Assembly: GCF_009914755.1 (NCBI RefSeq)
Contig: NC_060929.1
Length of the DNA stretch: 64,000 nt
Strand: one strand, 5' to 3'
Origin: the human T2T-CHM13v2.0 reference genome, Homo sapiens
The notes beneath the pieces were generated by a model. The model saw only the letters and a program-made list of their open reading frames with translations. It searched no databases and was not told where the DNA came from. The position numbers and the translations under genes were made by a program. Of the stretch, positions 29,590 to 43,225 are shown piece by piece. Positions within the stretch are counted from its first letter, which is position 1. Each line of letters opens with the position of its first letter.

Positions 29590-32353
29590 GCTAATATACT
29601 CTATAAAACTAATAAAAAAGAAATCTCCAACCCTAGATGGTTTCCCTGAAGATCTCTATCAAACATTTAAGGAATTATTAATAACGTATAATTTCTCTTC
29701 CAGAAAAAAGAGGAAAGAACACTTCTTAATTTCTTTTATGAACCTAGTATTATCACAATGCCAAAATCGGATAAAGACAGTTAAAAAAAGAAAACTACAG
29801 ATCAATATCCATTATGCATATACACTCAAATATCTTAATTAAAAAATCATGGTTTACATATATATCTAGGAGCATGTACGTGTGTGTGTGTGCATGCATG
29901 TGTGTGTGTGTGTGTGTGTGTATTTATATTATAGAAAATTATATACCATGACCACTGGGATATATTCCAGGGATTTAAAGTTGGATTGATAATTGAAATT
30001 TTATGTGCTTCATTATTTTAAAGTATAAAATAAAATCACATGATCATATCAATTGATCTATAAAAATGATTCAATAATCTCGACACATTTCAGTTAAAAA
30101 ACTGTCAGAAAATTGATAGAAATATCCTTAATTTGATACAGCATTCTACAAAATATTTACAGCTATAATCATATTTAATGGTAAAAGGCTGGGAACCAGG
30201 CAAAGATATCTGTCCTCATCATTGCTATTCAGCATATTATGGACATTGGGCATTACAGATAGCACAATAATAAAAGGAAAAAATATGAGGCACCAAGTTT
30301 ATAAAGATACAAATAAAACTTTCCCTATCACTAGATGACAGGGTGGTCTGTTAAAAAATCCAATATCAAAACAACCAAACAAAATGAAAGAAACAAATAC
30401 AACACCTGTAAAATGAGTAAGTGAGTTCAGAGCAAGGGAGTTACAAGACATAAGATCAGTATAAAAAATCAATTGAACTTCTACATACTAACAATGGACA
30501 AAGGAAACCAAAATTTAAAATACAAGAATACTTAATGTCACTCCATAGAAATGAAATAGGTACAAATCTAACACATATATAGCACTTCTATGCTGAAACT
30601 GAAAAATGCTGGTGAAAGAAATCAAAGAAATTCTGAATAAATGGAAGACATACCGTATTTTGTCTGTTGGGAGATTCAATATAAAAATGATGCCATTTCT
30701 TTCCAAATTAATCTATAAATTTAGGGCAATTCCTATCAAAATCCCAAGAAGATTATTTATAAAAATAGATAGATTTATTCTAAAATTGACATGGAAAGAC
30801 ATAAGCCCTAAAGTAGCTAAAACAATTATAAAAAATAAGATGGGAGGGATCGCTTAAATTGATTTCAAAGACATAAGATACAGCTACAGTAATAAAGACT
30901 GTGTAGTACTTGGGGAGGGATAAACACACATAGCAATGAAACATAATAGAAAACCCAGGAATGCATCCACACAAATACGATCAACTATTTTTTTAAACAA
31001 AGGTATAAAAACCATTTAATGAAGGAATGATAGTCAAGAAACGGTGGTGGAGTAATTGAATATATTCACAGGAAAAAAATATAAACCTCAATGTAAACCT
31101 CATGGCCTATTTAAAAATTAATTCAAAGTGGAAAAAATGTAAAATTTAAGACTATGAAACTTTTAGGACATAATATAGGTGAAAATCTTTAAGCCCCAGG
31201 GCATGGTGAAAAGTTCAGACATGACACTAAAAGCACAAACCAAAAAAGAGCAAATTAATACATTGGGCTTTGCTACAATGAAAACCTTTTGAAAGACCTC
31301 ACTAGGAGGATCAAAAGACAAGCTACAGACTGGGAGAAAATGTCTGCAAACTAAACAAAGGATCTGTGTCAAAATCATATAAACAATTCTCAACATTGAA
31401 CAGTAAACAAACCAACCACTCAGGAAAATGGGCAAAAGACATGGAGAAACATTTCACTACAAAGGATATATTAATAACAAATAAGCACTTGAAAATATGT
31501 TGGACATCACTAGAAACACAGATTAAGACTATAATGAGATATCAGTACATCCCTCAGAAGAACTAAAACAACAAATTATGAAAATACCAAATGTTGGCAA
31601 CGATGTGGAGAAACTGCATCCCTTGTACATTGTGGGTATGTAAAATGGTACAGGCACTTTGGGAAATAGTTCAGCAGGTTCTTGAACAACTAAAAGGACA
31701 TTCATCATAAATGCCAGATATTGCACTCCTGAATCAGAGAAGTTGATTAAGGCTTATGTCCACAAAAAATTGTGCATGATTGTTCATAGCAGTGTGAATT
31801 CTAATAGCTCAAAATTAGAAACAGACACAACTTCCCTCAATAAGTTAATGATTAAACAAACAGTGGTGTATTCAAACCATGGAACACTACTCAACAATAC
31901 AAAGCAATAATCTACTGATACATCTACAGCTTAAATAGACCTCAATGGCATTATGCTGGGTGGAAAAAAAATTTTGGAAGTTCACATACTGCATATTCTC
32001 ATTTTTATAGAATTCTCAAAACTGCTTAATCAAAAACATGTAAAAGAGTTTAGGGTTGCCAGGAGTTAGATATTTCAGAGGTGTTGGTGTAAAAACACTT
32101 AAGGAAGAACTCCGTGATGATGGAAGAGTTCTGTATTTTCATTACAATGCAAATAATTACAGAAAACTGCATTGTGATAAAAGGACATGTGAAGCCATAC
32201 ATCACATTCTACCACGGTCACTTTCCTGATTTTGATACTGCACTGTATAGCTATAGGATGTAAGCACTGGAGAAAACTGCGTCAAAAGTACAACTTCTGT
32301 ACTATCTTTACAACCTCATGTAAGTCTACAGTTATTCCAGAACATTAAAAAAA
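29590..32353 (+). mobile_element. L1MD-like LINE-1, ORF2 RT-to-end plus 3'UTR, decayed; (TG)n at 29880-29921
   Basis: ORF remnants match ORF2p (MLVKEIKEILNKWK...LIYKFRAIPIKIP; KWAKDMEKHFT...IKTIMRYQY); L1MD-type end ctgtactatctttacaacctcatgtaagtctacagttattcc. Confidence 0.88.
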
Positions 32354-32509
32354 TGAGAAACATAATCATGGCACACTGTAATAATCATATGTGAGTATTT
32401 GCAAAGGTATATTTTTAACTAACCCACCATTTTTATATCCTGACATACCAAAATGGGATGTCAATATATAACCTTCAAACTTAATGAATCAGAAGATAGC
32501 AGTAGTGGC

Positions 32510-32908
32510 TGTTAATAGAAAAACCTTAGACAAATTAAGCTTAACAGGATTTAATTGAACAAAAAATGATTCACAAATCTGGCAGCCCCTAAACCACAAT
32601 AGGTTCATAGAGGCTGCAGTGCAGTCACACAGTGAAAGATTTATGGCCCGAAAAAGGAAAGTCAAGTACAGAAAAGAGAATTCAAGTACAGAAACAGCTG
32701 GATTGGTTACAGTTCAGTGATTGCCTTATTTGAACACTCTTCAAAAAGTTGGCCACCCTTGATTGGCTAAAACTCAATGACTGGCACAAGAGTAGGTCAC
32801 AGTCTGTTTAAGCATCCAGTTAGATTACAGTTCAGTAGGTCCAGAGAAATTTTTAGGCTGAACTTAAAATATGTAAGGAGGGAGCTTTAGGGTAAACTTA
32901 ATCTAACA
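32510..32908 (-). mobile_element. MER57-family ERV1 solo LTR
   Basis: The reverse complement starts tgttagattaagtttaccctaaagctccctccttacatattttaagttcagcctaaa (MER57 5' end); repeated gattgg (CCAAT boxes). Confidence 0.9.
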
Positions 32909-32977
32909 AGTTGCATGGTATTTAGAAATATGTAGAAGTGGAAATAGCATAAAAATAGCTAAAATAATTAAAGTGGT

Positions 32978-33365
32978 TATATTAGTCCATTTCTACACTG
33001 CTATAAAGAACTGCCCAAGACTGGGTAATTTATAAAGTAAAGAGGTTTAATTGACTCACAGTTCAGCATGGCTGGAGAGGCCTCAGGAAACTTACAACCA
33101 TGGCAGAAGGCAACGGGGAAGTAAGGAACCTTCTTCACAAGGGAGCAGGAAGGAGAAGTGACCAGCAAAGGGAGAAGATCCTCTTATAAAAACCATCAGA
33201 TCATGTTAGAACTCAGTCACTATCATGAGAACAGCAGGAGGGAAACTACCCCTATGATTCATTTACCTCCACCTGGTCTCTCCTTTGACACATGGGGATT
33301 ATGAGGATGATGCAAAGTACAATTTAAGAAGAGATTTTGGGTGGAGACACAGCCAAACCATATCA
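32978..33365 (-). mobile_element. THE1D-like MaLR solo LTR
   Basis: tatattagtccat...cacagccaaaccatatca; perfect 5-bp TSD gtggt (32973-32977 / 33366-33370). Confidence 0.95.
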
Positions 33366-36300
33366 GTGGTTCTTCTGAGAATGGATAAAGGAGAAAAGTG
33401 TGGAGAGGAGTTAAGAACACTGATTGCTTTAAAAATTAAATGTATCAGTACTATTTCATAGTTAAACAATGGATATGTTAATTTTAAAAAAAGAAAAGTA
33501 AAAAATAAGAGGGAAAGTAAGGACATGTTTAGTATAAGTACTTAGAGCAACTGGACAAGTTGTGATATTTACAAAATAACTAGCTACATAAAAGGCAAAG
33601 ACAAGCTTGTAATTAAAGCTACTTTCAGGTGGTAGCTTCTCTTTAATTATTAATAATTTTGCATAGTTGGATACATGTTATATGTTGCTGTATACATTTT
33701 CAATCTGGATTCTGAAGGCATATTTTGCCTTTAAAAGTCAAAATAATAATCGCTTTTATTTTAATGACTAAAATTCTTAGTAGCTCTGGGTTCTAGGTCA
33801 ACATTCTTATGGTCCATATCTTGATCATTTGGAAGTGAACAGTGTTTTCCTGAGGTTCACAGCAACAGTGAAAAGAAAAAGATTATGGTCTAATACTAAA
33901 ATACCAATAGTCTCTATGTCTTATTGAGAAATTAAGAGGCTTTTCTTTCACACAACCACACCAACCTTTCCTGATAAGTCTTAGATTTGTCTACCTAAAA
34001 AAAAATTATTAAAAATACATTTGTATAGAGACTATCATATGTACTGAAAACAAACTGAGAAATAAAACAGTCACATTTCATTGGTAAATACCAAAATGGG
34101 ATAATCAGTATCACCAAAACAGTGTTGGGAAATATAGATAAGTTATATTAAAGATCCATGTAACTCAATATTACTTCTAGAAAGGTAAATTTGTTATTGT
34201 TGAATTATTCACAGAAATATTTTCTCATATTAATTTTAAATTGCTTTGAGTTAGATTAAATACGTGTGTCAATAGATTTCTATATTCTACAAACATGTTT
34301 TAATTATATAATGAGTGCAATGAAGACAAGAAATTAACCCAGAGCTCACCCAAGGGATAATTTTTTTTATTTACAGACTGACTACTTATTTATTCTGCTC
34401 TTTGTATCTGTAACACCCTCATTAATTTTCCTTAAGCTTCTAATTTGGAATGAAGTTGCAATATCCCAAGATCATCTCCAAGAAGAGCGCCAAGATTTTA
34501 ATATTGTATACTATGCCCCTAGGCTATATCCTAGGACTATTAAGCAAATTATTCCAATATTGCTAAAGCACATAATGAACTGTGTTAAACACTAATCAAA
34601 TATTTAAATAAATTCATTTCGCTGGATGATGCTATTGCTAAGAACTTTGCTTAGTTAATTCATTGATTAAGTCAAGTAATTATTTTAATTGAGCTATTTG
34701 ATGGATTATTTAATCACAAAGTATTTGTTAAAAACATCTATTTGGGGGTCATAAAACAATTTTCTGCTACTTTAAATGCAATCCCTCTATATAAAAATGT
34801 TTTCTGATTAAAAAGTTTAAAACTTCTAAAGTGTAGACATTTTTATGCATAACTTGTGCATTTTGGAGAAAAGCATATAAGACCCCAAACAATATACTCC
34901 AAAAATATTACCTTATACTTATTACACATGTTGGATTCTAGAAAAGAAATACTATATTCAGTTACACTAGCCATGACTCTAGCTCCTGGGTGAAAATAAA
35001 TCTTATGAAACATTTTAACTGGCCTCTGGAAAGTTATACTGATCTGTATTGATTCTTTACGATAAAGGGTTGGAAAAAGTTACATTCAAAAAAGGACTTT
35101 ACGCATTTGGGATTGAATTGAGGAATTCAGTACATATTTGTTAATTTGTTCGTCAAATTTTACTCTGTTTTTATTCAACCCTCTACCTGTATTTCATAAG
35201 GATTTCCATTGTTCCAGACACTAGTAGAAGTCTTGACAATAAAGCCCCTCTTCAGATTTCTAGTGACAGAAAATGTGAGTTAGTTTTCATATTCTCCTGC
35301 TTATCGTGTATATTTATAGGTTTAGCATTTTAAAATTATTATTTGAGGGACAAATAAGGTTTCCCCCTGAAAACTATACTTAAGAAAACAGCACAAAGTA
35401 AATGAGACTTATCATCTAAATAAAATGTATGCATTGTTTGCATTTAATAGATCAAGGAGATATAGAAATGTTCATCTAGATTGTCATTTTCTTATGCAAA
35501 TGCAATACTAACTCCGCTACATCCCAGTCCTACCTAGGACAATTCATTTCATCTAAAATAATAGAAAATACTTTTGAGCTATACTGTACATTTTAAGCTG
35601 AGTAGAGATTTATTTTCATTGTAAATAGTATTTGATATGTAATGTGTAACAAATAGATAATTAGATTCTTGATTTTCACATGAGCTGAGGTAGCAGCAAG
35701 TAAAAGAACACGAAAGCCTTAAAAAATTTTCTCCTAATTAAGGGAAACATTAATTCACCTTAAAAATTGGCTCAAATGATTATCATTCCAATAATACCAA
35801 TTCACTTATCATTGCAAACATTGTATCTAGTTAAAAAGGAATTTTTTCAATTGCATATACCTGCCAATAAGCTCTATTTTTCTTTCCACTCTAATATTTG
35901 ATTATAATTTATTTTATAATTTGCTTCCCTTTGAAACAAGATATTTATCAAATATTGTTTTGGGTTTTATTTTCAAAACAAAATTTGTAAAATCACTTTT
36001 AGAATCAAATAAAACATCAAACAAAAATTTTCATAAAATCTTTTTGTGGATAAAATATTTAATATGCAACTATAAAGAATTTTACTTTGTTTTTGCTTCA
36101 TACATACTTTATTACTAATAATATATAAATTACCTCTAAAGGATTTGATCATTCCATTAGCTCCTATTAAGGCCATATACTATTTAGATTAGTAAAACAT
36201 AAAGTAAAGGTGTTAAGGTCTGAGGTTCTTTTTTATATAACCTTAAAATATGTTTTGAGCAGCATATAAACACACACTTTCCTTACATGGAAGACATTTC

Positions 36301-37004
36301 TCATCACTGGAGATCTATGCAGTATACACTAACAGAAATCCTGTGAAACATTCTTGTTTAGAGGATATCACCATGGATACTCAGATTATCATTTTATTTT
36401 CATTCATTCCAAGCAATTCTACTGCTTTATAATAATTCAATCCATGGCCTGAATTCATAGATACAAACAGTATCTATATACAAACACTTGTATATCATTA
36501 GTGTTTTTGTCTTACATTTAACAAATGTTTATTTGAATTTATCTCAAATTAATTTATATGTATGTTAAAAAGGAACAAGAATCCTTATTTTTTAATTGTA
36601 TTACTCTTTAATAAGTTTCTGTATTATTCATTAATTAGGGCTATTTACTTTCCTTATTCACCATTATCTGAATTAGCTTAATTTTTTTCCTTTTAATATA
36701 AAGACACTAGAAGTTTGCATCACCATTGATAATGGATACTTACAATACCTACATGCAATATTACAATCTCTTTCAGGTATCAATTAATTAAATTAGCAGG
36801 TTATATGAAGTTATTTGTATTATTTTGTATTTGAAGGTCTTTATGTTGTTTCGGACAGGTATATTGAACCTGACATCATGAGAGGTAAACCACCACTTTA
36901 TACTAATATAGTGGGGTTTTTTTTTGTTAGTTTTAGAAGAATTATAGAAATCATTCTTTTTGTGAAATTGTCTTAAATGTGTTTTGTTTTTTACACTTAA
37001 AAAT

Positions 37005-37537
37005 ATATTTAATTAACAAATATGTATATATTCAAGGGTACAACATAATTTGATATATACAGTGTAGTGACTGCCACAATTAAATTAATACATTCATCAC
37101 CACACATACCGTATCTTAGAACCCAGAACTTATAAGTGAAACTTTATACTGTTTTACCAATGTCTCTTGCTATTCCTCACTTGCAATCCCCTAGTAAGCA
37201 CTGTCCTACTCTGTTTCTATGAATTTGATTTTTTAGTTTCCACAAATAAGATAATACAATACTTGTCTTTTTGTTTCTGGCTTATTGCACTTCTCATAAT
37301 GCCCTCTAGGCTCATTCATGTTTTCACAAATGGTAGGATTTCCCACTTTTTTTATGGCAGAATATATTCCACTGTGCATGTATAAAAACATGCACACAAA
37401 TACAGACACCAAATTTTTTTCAATCCATTATTGGTTGATAAACAGGTCATTTTCATATCTTGGCTATTGTGAATAATGGTACAATGAACATGAGGATACA
37501 TATATCCAATATATTAATTTTATTTCTTTTGGATATA
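37005..37537 (-). mobile_element. L1MA8/9-like 3' end
   Basis: tgtatatattcaagggtacaacat...ctactctgtttctatgaatttg...catatcttggctattgtgaataatg. Confidence 0.85.
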
Positions 37538-37614
37538 GATTAGTTTTCCATTTTTTACACAATTTGGGAAGTAGAGAGCTGGAAATATTTAGTGAATAGC
37601 ACTTTTTTATCATT

Positions 37615-38230
37615 CTTTTTTTTCTTTTTCAACTTTTATTTTAGATTCAGGGGGCACATGTGCAGGTTTTTTACCTGGGAATGTTGAATGAGGCTGAGAT
37701 TGGGGGTATGATTGATACTGTCACCTAGGTACTGAGCAAAGACCTATCAGTTAGTTTTTCAACCATTGCCCTCCTCCCTCCCTATCCCTATAGTAGTCCC
37801 CAAAGTCTATTGTTGACATCTTCATGTCCATGAATACCTGATGTTTTTAGCTCCCACTTATAAATGAGAACATGGAATATTTGGCTTTCCATTCTTGTAT
37901 TAATTTTCCTAGCATAATGGCCTCCAGCTGCATCCATATTGCTGCAAAGGACATTCTTTCTTTCTTTTTAATGGCTGCATAGTATTCCATGCTATACATG
38001 TACCAAATTTTCTTTGTCAAATCCACATTGATGGGCACCTACTAGGTTGATTCCATCATCTCAACAGATGCAGAAAAATCTTTCTATAAAATCCAATGCT
38101 TTTATGATAACCCTCAAGAAACTACACATCAAAGGAACATACTTCAAAGTAATAAGAGACATCTATGACAAACCCACAGCCAACATGATACCGAATGGAA
38201 AAAAACTGGAAGAATTCTCCTTGAGAACTG
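37615..38230 (-). mobile_element. L1PA15/16-like 3' end (37615-38056, minus) abutting a plus-strand ORF2 RT fragment (38055-38230): probable 5'-inverted L1
   Basis: Poly-T, then caacttttattttagattcaggggg 3'UTR and ORF2 C-terminus (MEYYAAIKK...MFSFISGS*); then [13 protein letters not shown] / [15 protein letters not shown] on the opposite strand. Confidence 0.85.
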
Positions 38231-40891
38231 ATGCTTTGTTCTTTGATATACTTTAGTTAAAAGTATTGAAGGATTTCAGGGTACCATAGACAAAAGCAAA
38301 AAAGTAAAATAATTTATAACTAAATGTTATAATTAAATTGAGGCACCATCATCGATTTGTACTACTTTCCCATGAGGTGTTTGTTAATTTTGCTAGACAG
38401 CTTCCAATCTTTAATAGGTAATTTTGGCAATGAGGTTTGATTTAAATGACAAGTATTAACACATTCAATAAGAACATATGAAGCCAATAATGCGTTCTTA
38501 GTTATAGTAATAAAAAAGTCATATTGAAAGACAAGTTTAAAATACTGCCAAATAAAATTTAAAAATTATATAATATTGACCTCTGTCATTACTTAATAAA
38601 ATGGCAGTGATCACCGTCTTCTGGTGGCTGGCATTTTTACAGCACTATATGTTTAAGAACTTTACAAATATTTTACGTAACACCTGTGAAATGCAATTGT
38701 ATCTGTAAATGTAAATAAATTATAGATGCCTATGAAGATATTCATCTTCGGATTTGATATGTGTTTTGTAACTTCATTTCATGAACCAAGATCTGTGCAA
38801 GGAACCATGAAAAATATAGTAAAGGCTGACATGGCCCCTGCTATCAAGAGTAAGAAAAGTTGTGCAGATTATATGAAAAACAGAACTTAAGATTCAAGCA
38901 ATGGACCCAGTGGACAAAACCAACAAACAAAAACATCAACAAAGAAAACACTAAGTGGAAATAGGATTGGTTATGTAAGTGGAACCAGGATAAAAATGAA
39001 AGGATACCTTGGTAGAAGTAGGATAAAAATATAGATAGGATAAGTTTTTCTGTTATTCTTTTGTCATTTACCATTATACATAGTCATTAATATATATTAT
39101 ATACTAAAACTCTTTATTTGTATGAATTATACATAAGTTTTACATAGAATTTCTTCATATAAAGGATATGTATATTTGGCAATAAATATATGTTACATGA
39201 TAAACTGTTTATATCTTTACTAATGTCCAAATTATATCTAATCTCTAAACTAATTATATCTAATCTCAAATAGTAAACTCACAAGAGCACTGAAAAATAA
39301 AATCTTATTTATGAAATGATATATGCATGATATATCTTTTATATACATCTTAGTCGTGTTTTATCAAGTTTCTGATTCTTGAAAAAGTTTTAATAATGAT
39401 TGTTCCTTCTTTGAGCGTCTTAGCTACAAAATCGGGGTGATTATCTTTGCCAGTGAACCAAAATGAAACATTTTCATGTTTAATACGTTTAAAATTTCAA
39501 AATCAAAGATTGAGCATTCCCTTTGAGAAAATTAAACTCAAATTTGGCCAGGCTCTGGAGACAAAGCAAATAACAAAAATGTCAGAGAATCAACAAGCAA
39601 AAAGGACTATCTCATAAAAACATGTGCAGTTGATGAGATAATCTCAGGGTGGGTGAAGAAAGGCAAATAGCTGGAGTCAATAGAGTAGGTAATGGGCATC
39701 AGTGAACCTTTGCACAAATCCAAAAAGTGTTGTGAAATTCTGTGCTGATTCAAGTATTATAGAGTATATTTTAAATTGCATTTTTTAAAAAAATATGTAT
39801 TATTTTACAAAAACGATACTTTAAAAACTTATTAGTCTCTCTTTACATAAGCCTTAGAACTAGGACAAAAATTCAGGTATCACTCTCCTAATTAAATCCA
39901 TCAATTAACAATAAATTTTGGTATTTGAATAAGCAAGTCAGGAGACTTATTTTTCAACTAAGAAAAGGTTGAATGCTAGGCATGTTGTAGGATTATTAAA
40001 ATGTCAAATTCAGAATATTACCTTTTGATTTATACTGTTATTTATATTATTAATTTTAATCATTTAGAAAAGAAGTTCATAAGAGTTTTTATTTAGAATA
40101 GAGCAAGAGCAAAAGAGAAATAATATGAGAGTTGTGAACCAAAACATATATAGCATGTAAAAATTTCAATAAAATATACTTAAAAATCATTAAAAATTAA
40201 TATAAAGTTACCTTATTATGGGCTCTTCATTAAAAATGAAGACCTCTTTACTAAATATAAATTTTATTGAATAATTGAAGAATTCTTCACATATGAAATC
40301 TTACTGAAAAAAAGGAACAGGCTACATTAGGTTCCTGCAATTTTGAAAATAGTCTGACTTTTTAACACACAAAATCAAAGATGCCATTAGAACATGATTC
40401 TGCTCTCAAGAACTGTTCTTTCATTTATTATCTTACTTTGATGGAGTATAGAGTAACATAAAGAAGCAAGAAAAGCCTGATTTTAGTATGAGTTGAAACC
40501 AGTAGGAGCATTATTGGGTATTAGTAGGAATAAGAAATACGATGGCCCAAGGAAATCTCACTTTAATTACTGTTTTGACCAAGAGTTCCATTTCAACATT
40601 GCTTAATGTCTTCCCATTTAATGCCCTCTCACCCCACGCATCATTACAACAATGTACGTTTCACGAAGTTTAGTAGGAGCATTTTCAGAAGCATGGTAGT
40701 AACAGCTTGCCCATATAGCTTTAAATTCCAATTTTGGAGAATTGCCTTCTTCAAGTATTACATTTGAGATTACCCACTGTCATATCCTGTTAGCTATGCC
40801 TTGTGTACTTTTATTATTCTCTTTTTCATGTCAGAGAAATTCTGATGGTCTGATGATGAGATAGAGTGCAAAAAGAATAGAGATCCACTTC

Positions 40892-41232
40892 TAGAGGTAG
40901 ATAGTAGAATAGTGGTTACTAGAGGCTGGAAAGTGGCAGGGGGATAGGGAAAGATGATGGTTAAAGGATAAAAATTGCAGGCAGATAGGAGGAATAAGCT
41001 CTCGTGTTCTATAGCACTGTAGGGTATCTGTAGTTAACAACAACTTATTATATATTTTCAAATAGCTGGAAGAGATAATTTGTAATGTTCCCAATGCAAG
41101 AAATAATAAATGTTAGACATGATGAATAGGGTAATTATCCTGAATTGATCAGTATATATTGTGTTGAATTGAAAAAATCACTATATATTTCATAAATATG
41201 TAAAATTATTATGTATCAATTTAAAACATAAG
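40892..41232 (+). mobile_element. L1MA8-like 3'UTR fragment
   Basis: tagaggtagatagtagaatagtggttactagaggctgg...gataggaggaataagctct...ttatgtatcaatttaaaa. Confidence 0.88.
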
Positions 41233-41527
41233 TAATTTTTAAAATATCTAAATCAAGTTGTGGAAAAACTAAAAAACAAACATTTAAACATTTAGTGTAT
41301 ATTGTCATATTGTCTTTCTGAAGATGTTATTAAATTCATTCCTACCAGTGATGTTTAGGGGTTACTACTTTCCAAATGTTTAACAATCTTGGATATAATG
41401 TAAACGTTTAATATATGCCATTATGTAGGAAAAGAAAAAGAATAGAGATTCATACACCTATAAAACATTGTCTTTCTGAAATTTCTCCAAAATAAGTGAT
41501 TTAGCTTCTGTGACATTTCTCCTTGAT

Positions 41528-41943
41528 ATTTATGTATTCATTTATTTATTCATTTATTTAGAGTTAGGGGCTTGCTCTATCTCCCAGGCTGGAGTGCAGT
41601 GGCACGATCATAGCTCACTGTAACCTCCAACTCCCAGCCTCAAGTGATCCTACTGCCTCAGTCTCCTGAGTAGCAAGGACTACAGGTGTATGCCACCATG
41701 TCTGGTTATTTTTTAAATACTTTGTAGAGATGCATGAAAAACATTATCACATACTTAAAATATTCTAATACTTAGACATTTTCCAATGACTGGACTGATT
41801 TTAAATGAATTATATTTAAATAAAATTAATTTTAAATTATTTACTGTTCCCCAGACCGGTCTCGAACTCCTGACCTCAAGTAATCCTTCTATCTTGGCTT
41901 CCTAAAGCTAAGGGATTACAGGCATAAGCCACCATACCTGCCC
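41528..41943 (-). mobile_element. AluJ with ~110-bp non-Alu insertion (41733-41845)
   Basis: J-type features (gatcatagctcactgtaacc, ctcaagtgatcctactgcc) and a (TTTA)n tail. The left arm is interrupted between tttgtagagatg and tgttccccag. Confidence 0.92.
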
Positions 41944-42215
41944 TCTATTTAAATTCAATCTGCTAAATTTTCATACTTAACAAACTTTATAATCTCTATT
42001 CCTCTATCAAAAAAAAACATGGAATATGGACACAAGTTAGATGAAAGATCAAATGCTCTCTGGCAAAGAGAAAATTGTACCTATAACTCATTTTTAAGTA
42101 GTCTATTTACTTTTAAAAATAAAAGCAATTAATATTGACATGTTTGTATTCTATCTCTATCAAAACTGTCTAAAATTCTGGACATGTTAGAATATTATGA
42201 TTTTTCCCAAGATTA

Positions 42216-42311
42216 TTCAGGAATTAGAGAGTTATATTTTTAAAAGTAGAAAAGTAGCTTTCAGGAATTAGAGAGTTATATTTTTAAAAGTAGAAAAGTA
42301 GCTTTCAGGAA
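42216..42311. repeat. Perfect 44-bp tandem duplication
   Basis: ttcaggaattagagagttatatttttaaaagtagaaaagtagct twice (42216-42259, 42260-42303), followed by ttcaggaa. Confidence 0.98.
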
Positions 42312-42905
42312 ACATTATAACATTCTAAGTTACTCGATTTATGACTTTTTAAGTATTAATTTTTAGTTGAATACAGTTTCTTTTTGAAGAAAGGAAAGGT
42401 AATCGTTCTTTAGATTACATCTTTGAGGAAATGTATGAGAGAAATTCATAGTCACTAAACTTAAGGCTTATTATGCGTTAATTTAGGGTATTTTATTAAA
42501 TAAGCATTATTTTCTACTACTGAATATAAACTAATAGAAGGTACATGGTCTTTTGCAAATAATTTTTTAGTGTTCTGCTTTTGTTTATGTTGCACATAGA
42601 CATTGAAAAATAGGTAATCATAATAAGTTGAGCAATATGTCATAGAACATTGAGAGTTTTAAAGTTGGGAAAATATTGAAGGAGCTACATTTTTTTCTGA
42701 AATAAAGAAAATGAAATAAAGATTGGAGAAGAAAGAGGTCAGGACATAAGAAAAAGTGTGATTAATCACACTGACCCTTCAATGAACTGGAATTATCAGT
42801 TCCTGGTTCACTGTCATGGTTAAGTTTTCCTGAATGCCAACCACCTACTTTGTAGGTGCTCTCCTGCTAACTTCTACTAGAACACAGAATCTCTGGTGTG
42901 TCTAG

Positions 42906-43225
42906 AACAACACTGTCAGTATGGTAGTCACTAGGCACCTGCGGCTATGCAGCATTGTAATATGGCTAGAACAATGAGTGAGTAAATAATTTTAAATTAA
43001 TTTTATTTAAATTTTATTTAAATGTAATTCTGAGAAAAATATTATTAGAATATTTTAAGTATGTGACAATGTTTTTTCACTATAAATTGTATACAATTTA
43101 AATAGAAGGTATTTCTGATGACAATATAGCGTTCAAACTGAAATGTTACAAACATTTCTAAGTGTTACAAACCATATTAAAAAGATTAAGTTCAGAAAAT
43201 GTATATTAATTTCATTTTGAAATAA
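42906..43225 (+). mobile_element. MER33/MER3-family hAT-Charlie element
   Basis: ctgtcagtatggtagtcactaggcacctgcggctatgcagcattgtaatatggctag...ttttcactataaattgtatacaatttaaatag...tatttctgatgacaatatagcg. Confidence 0.8.
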
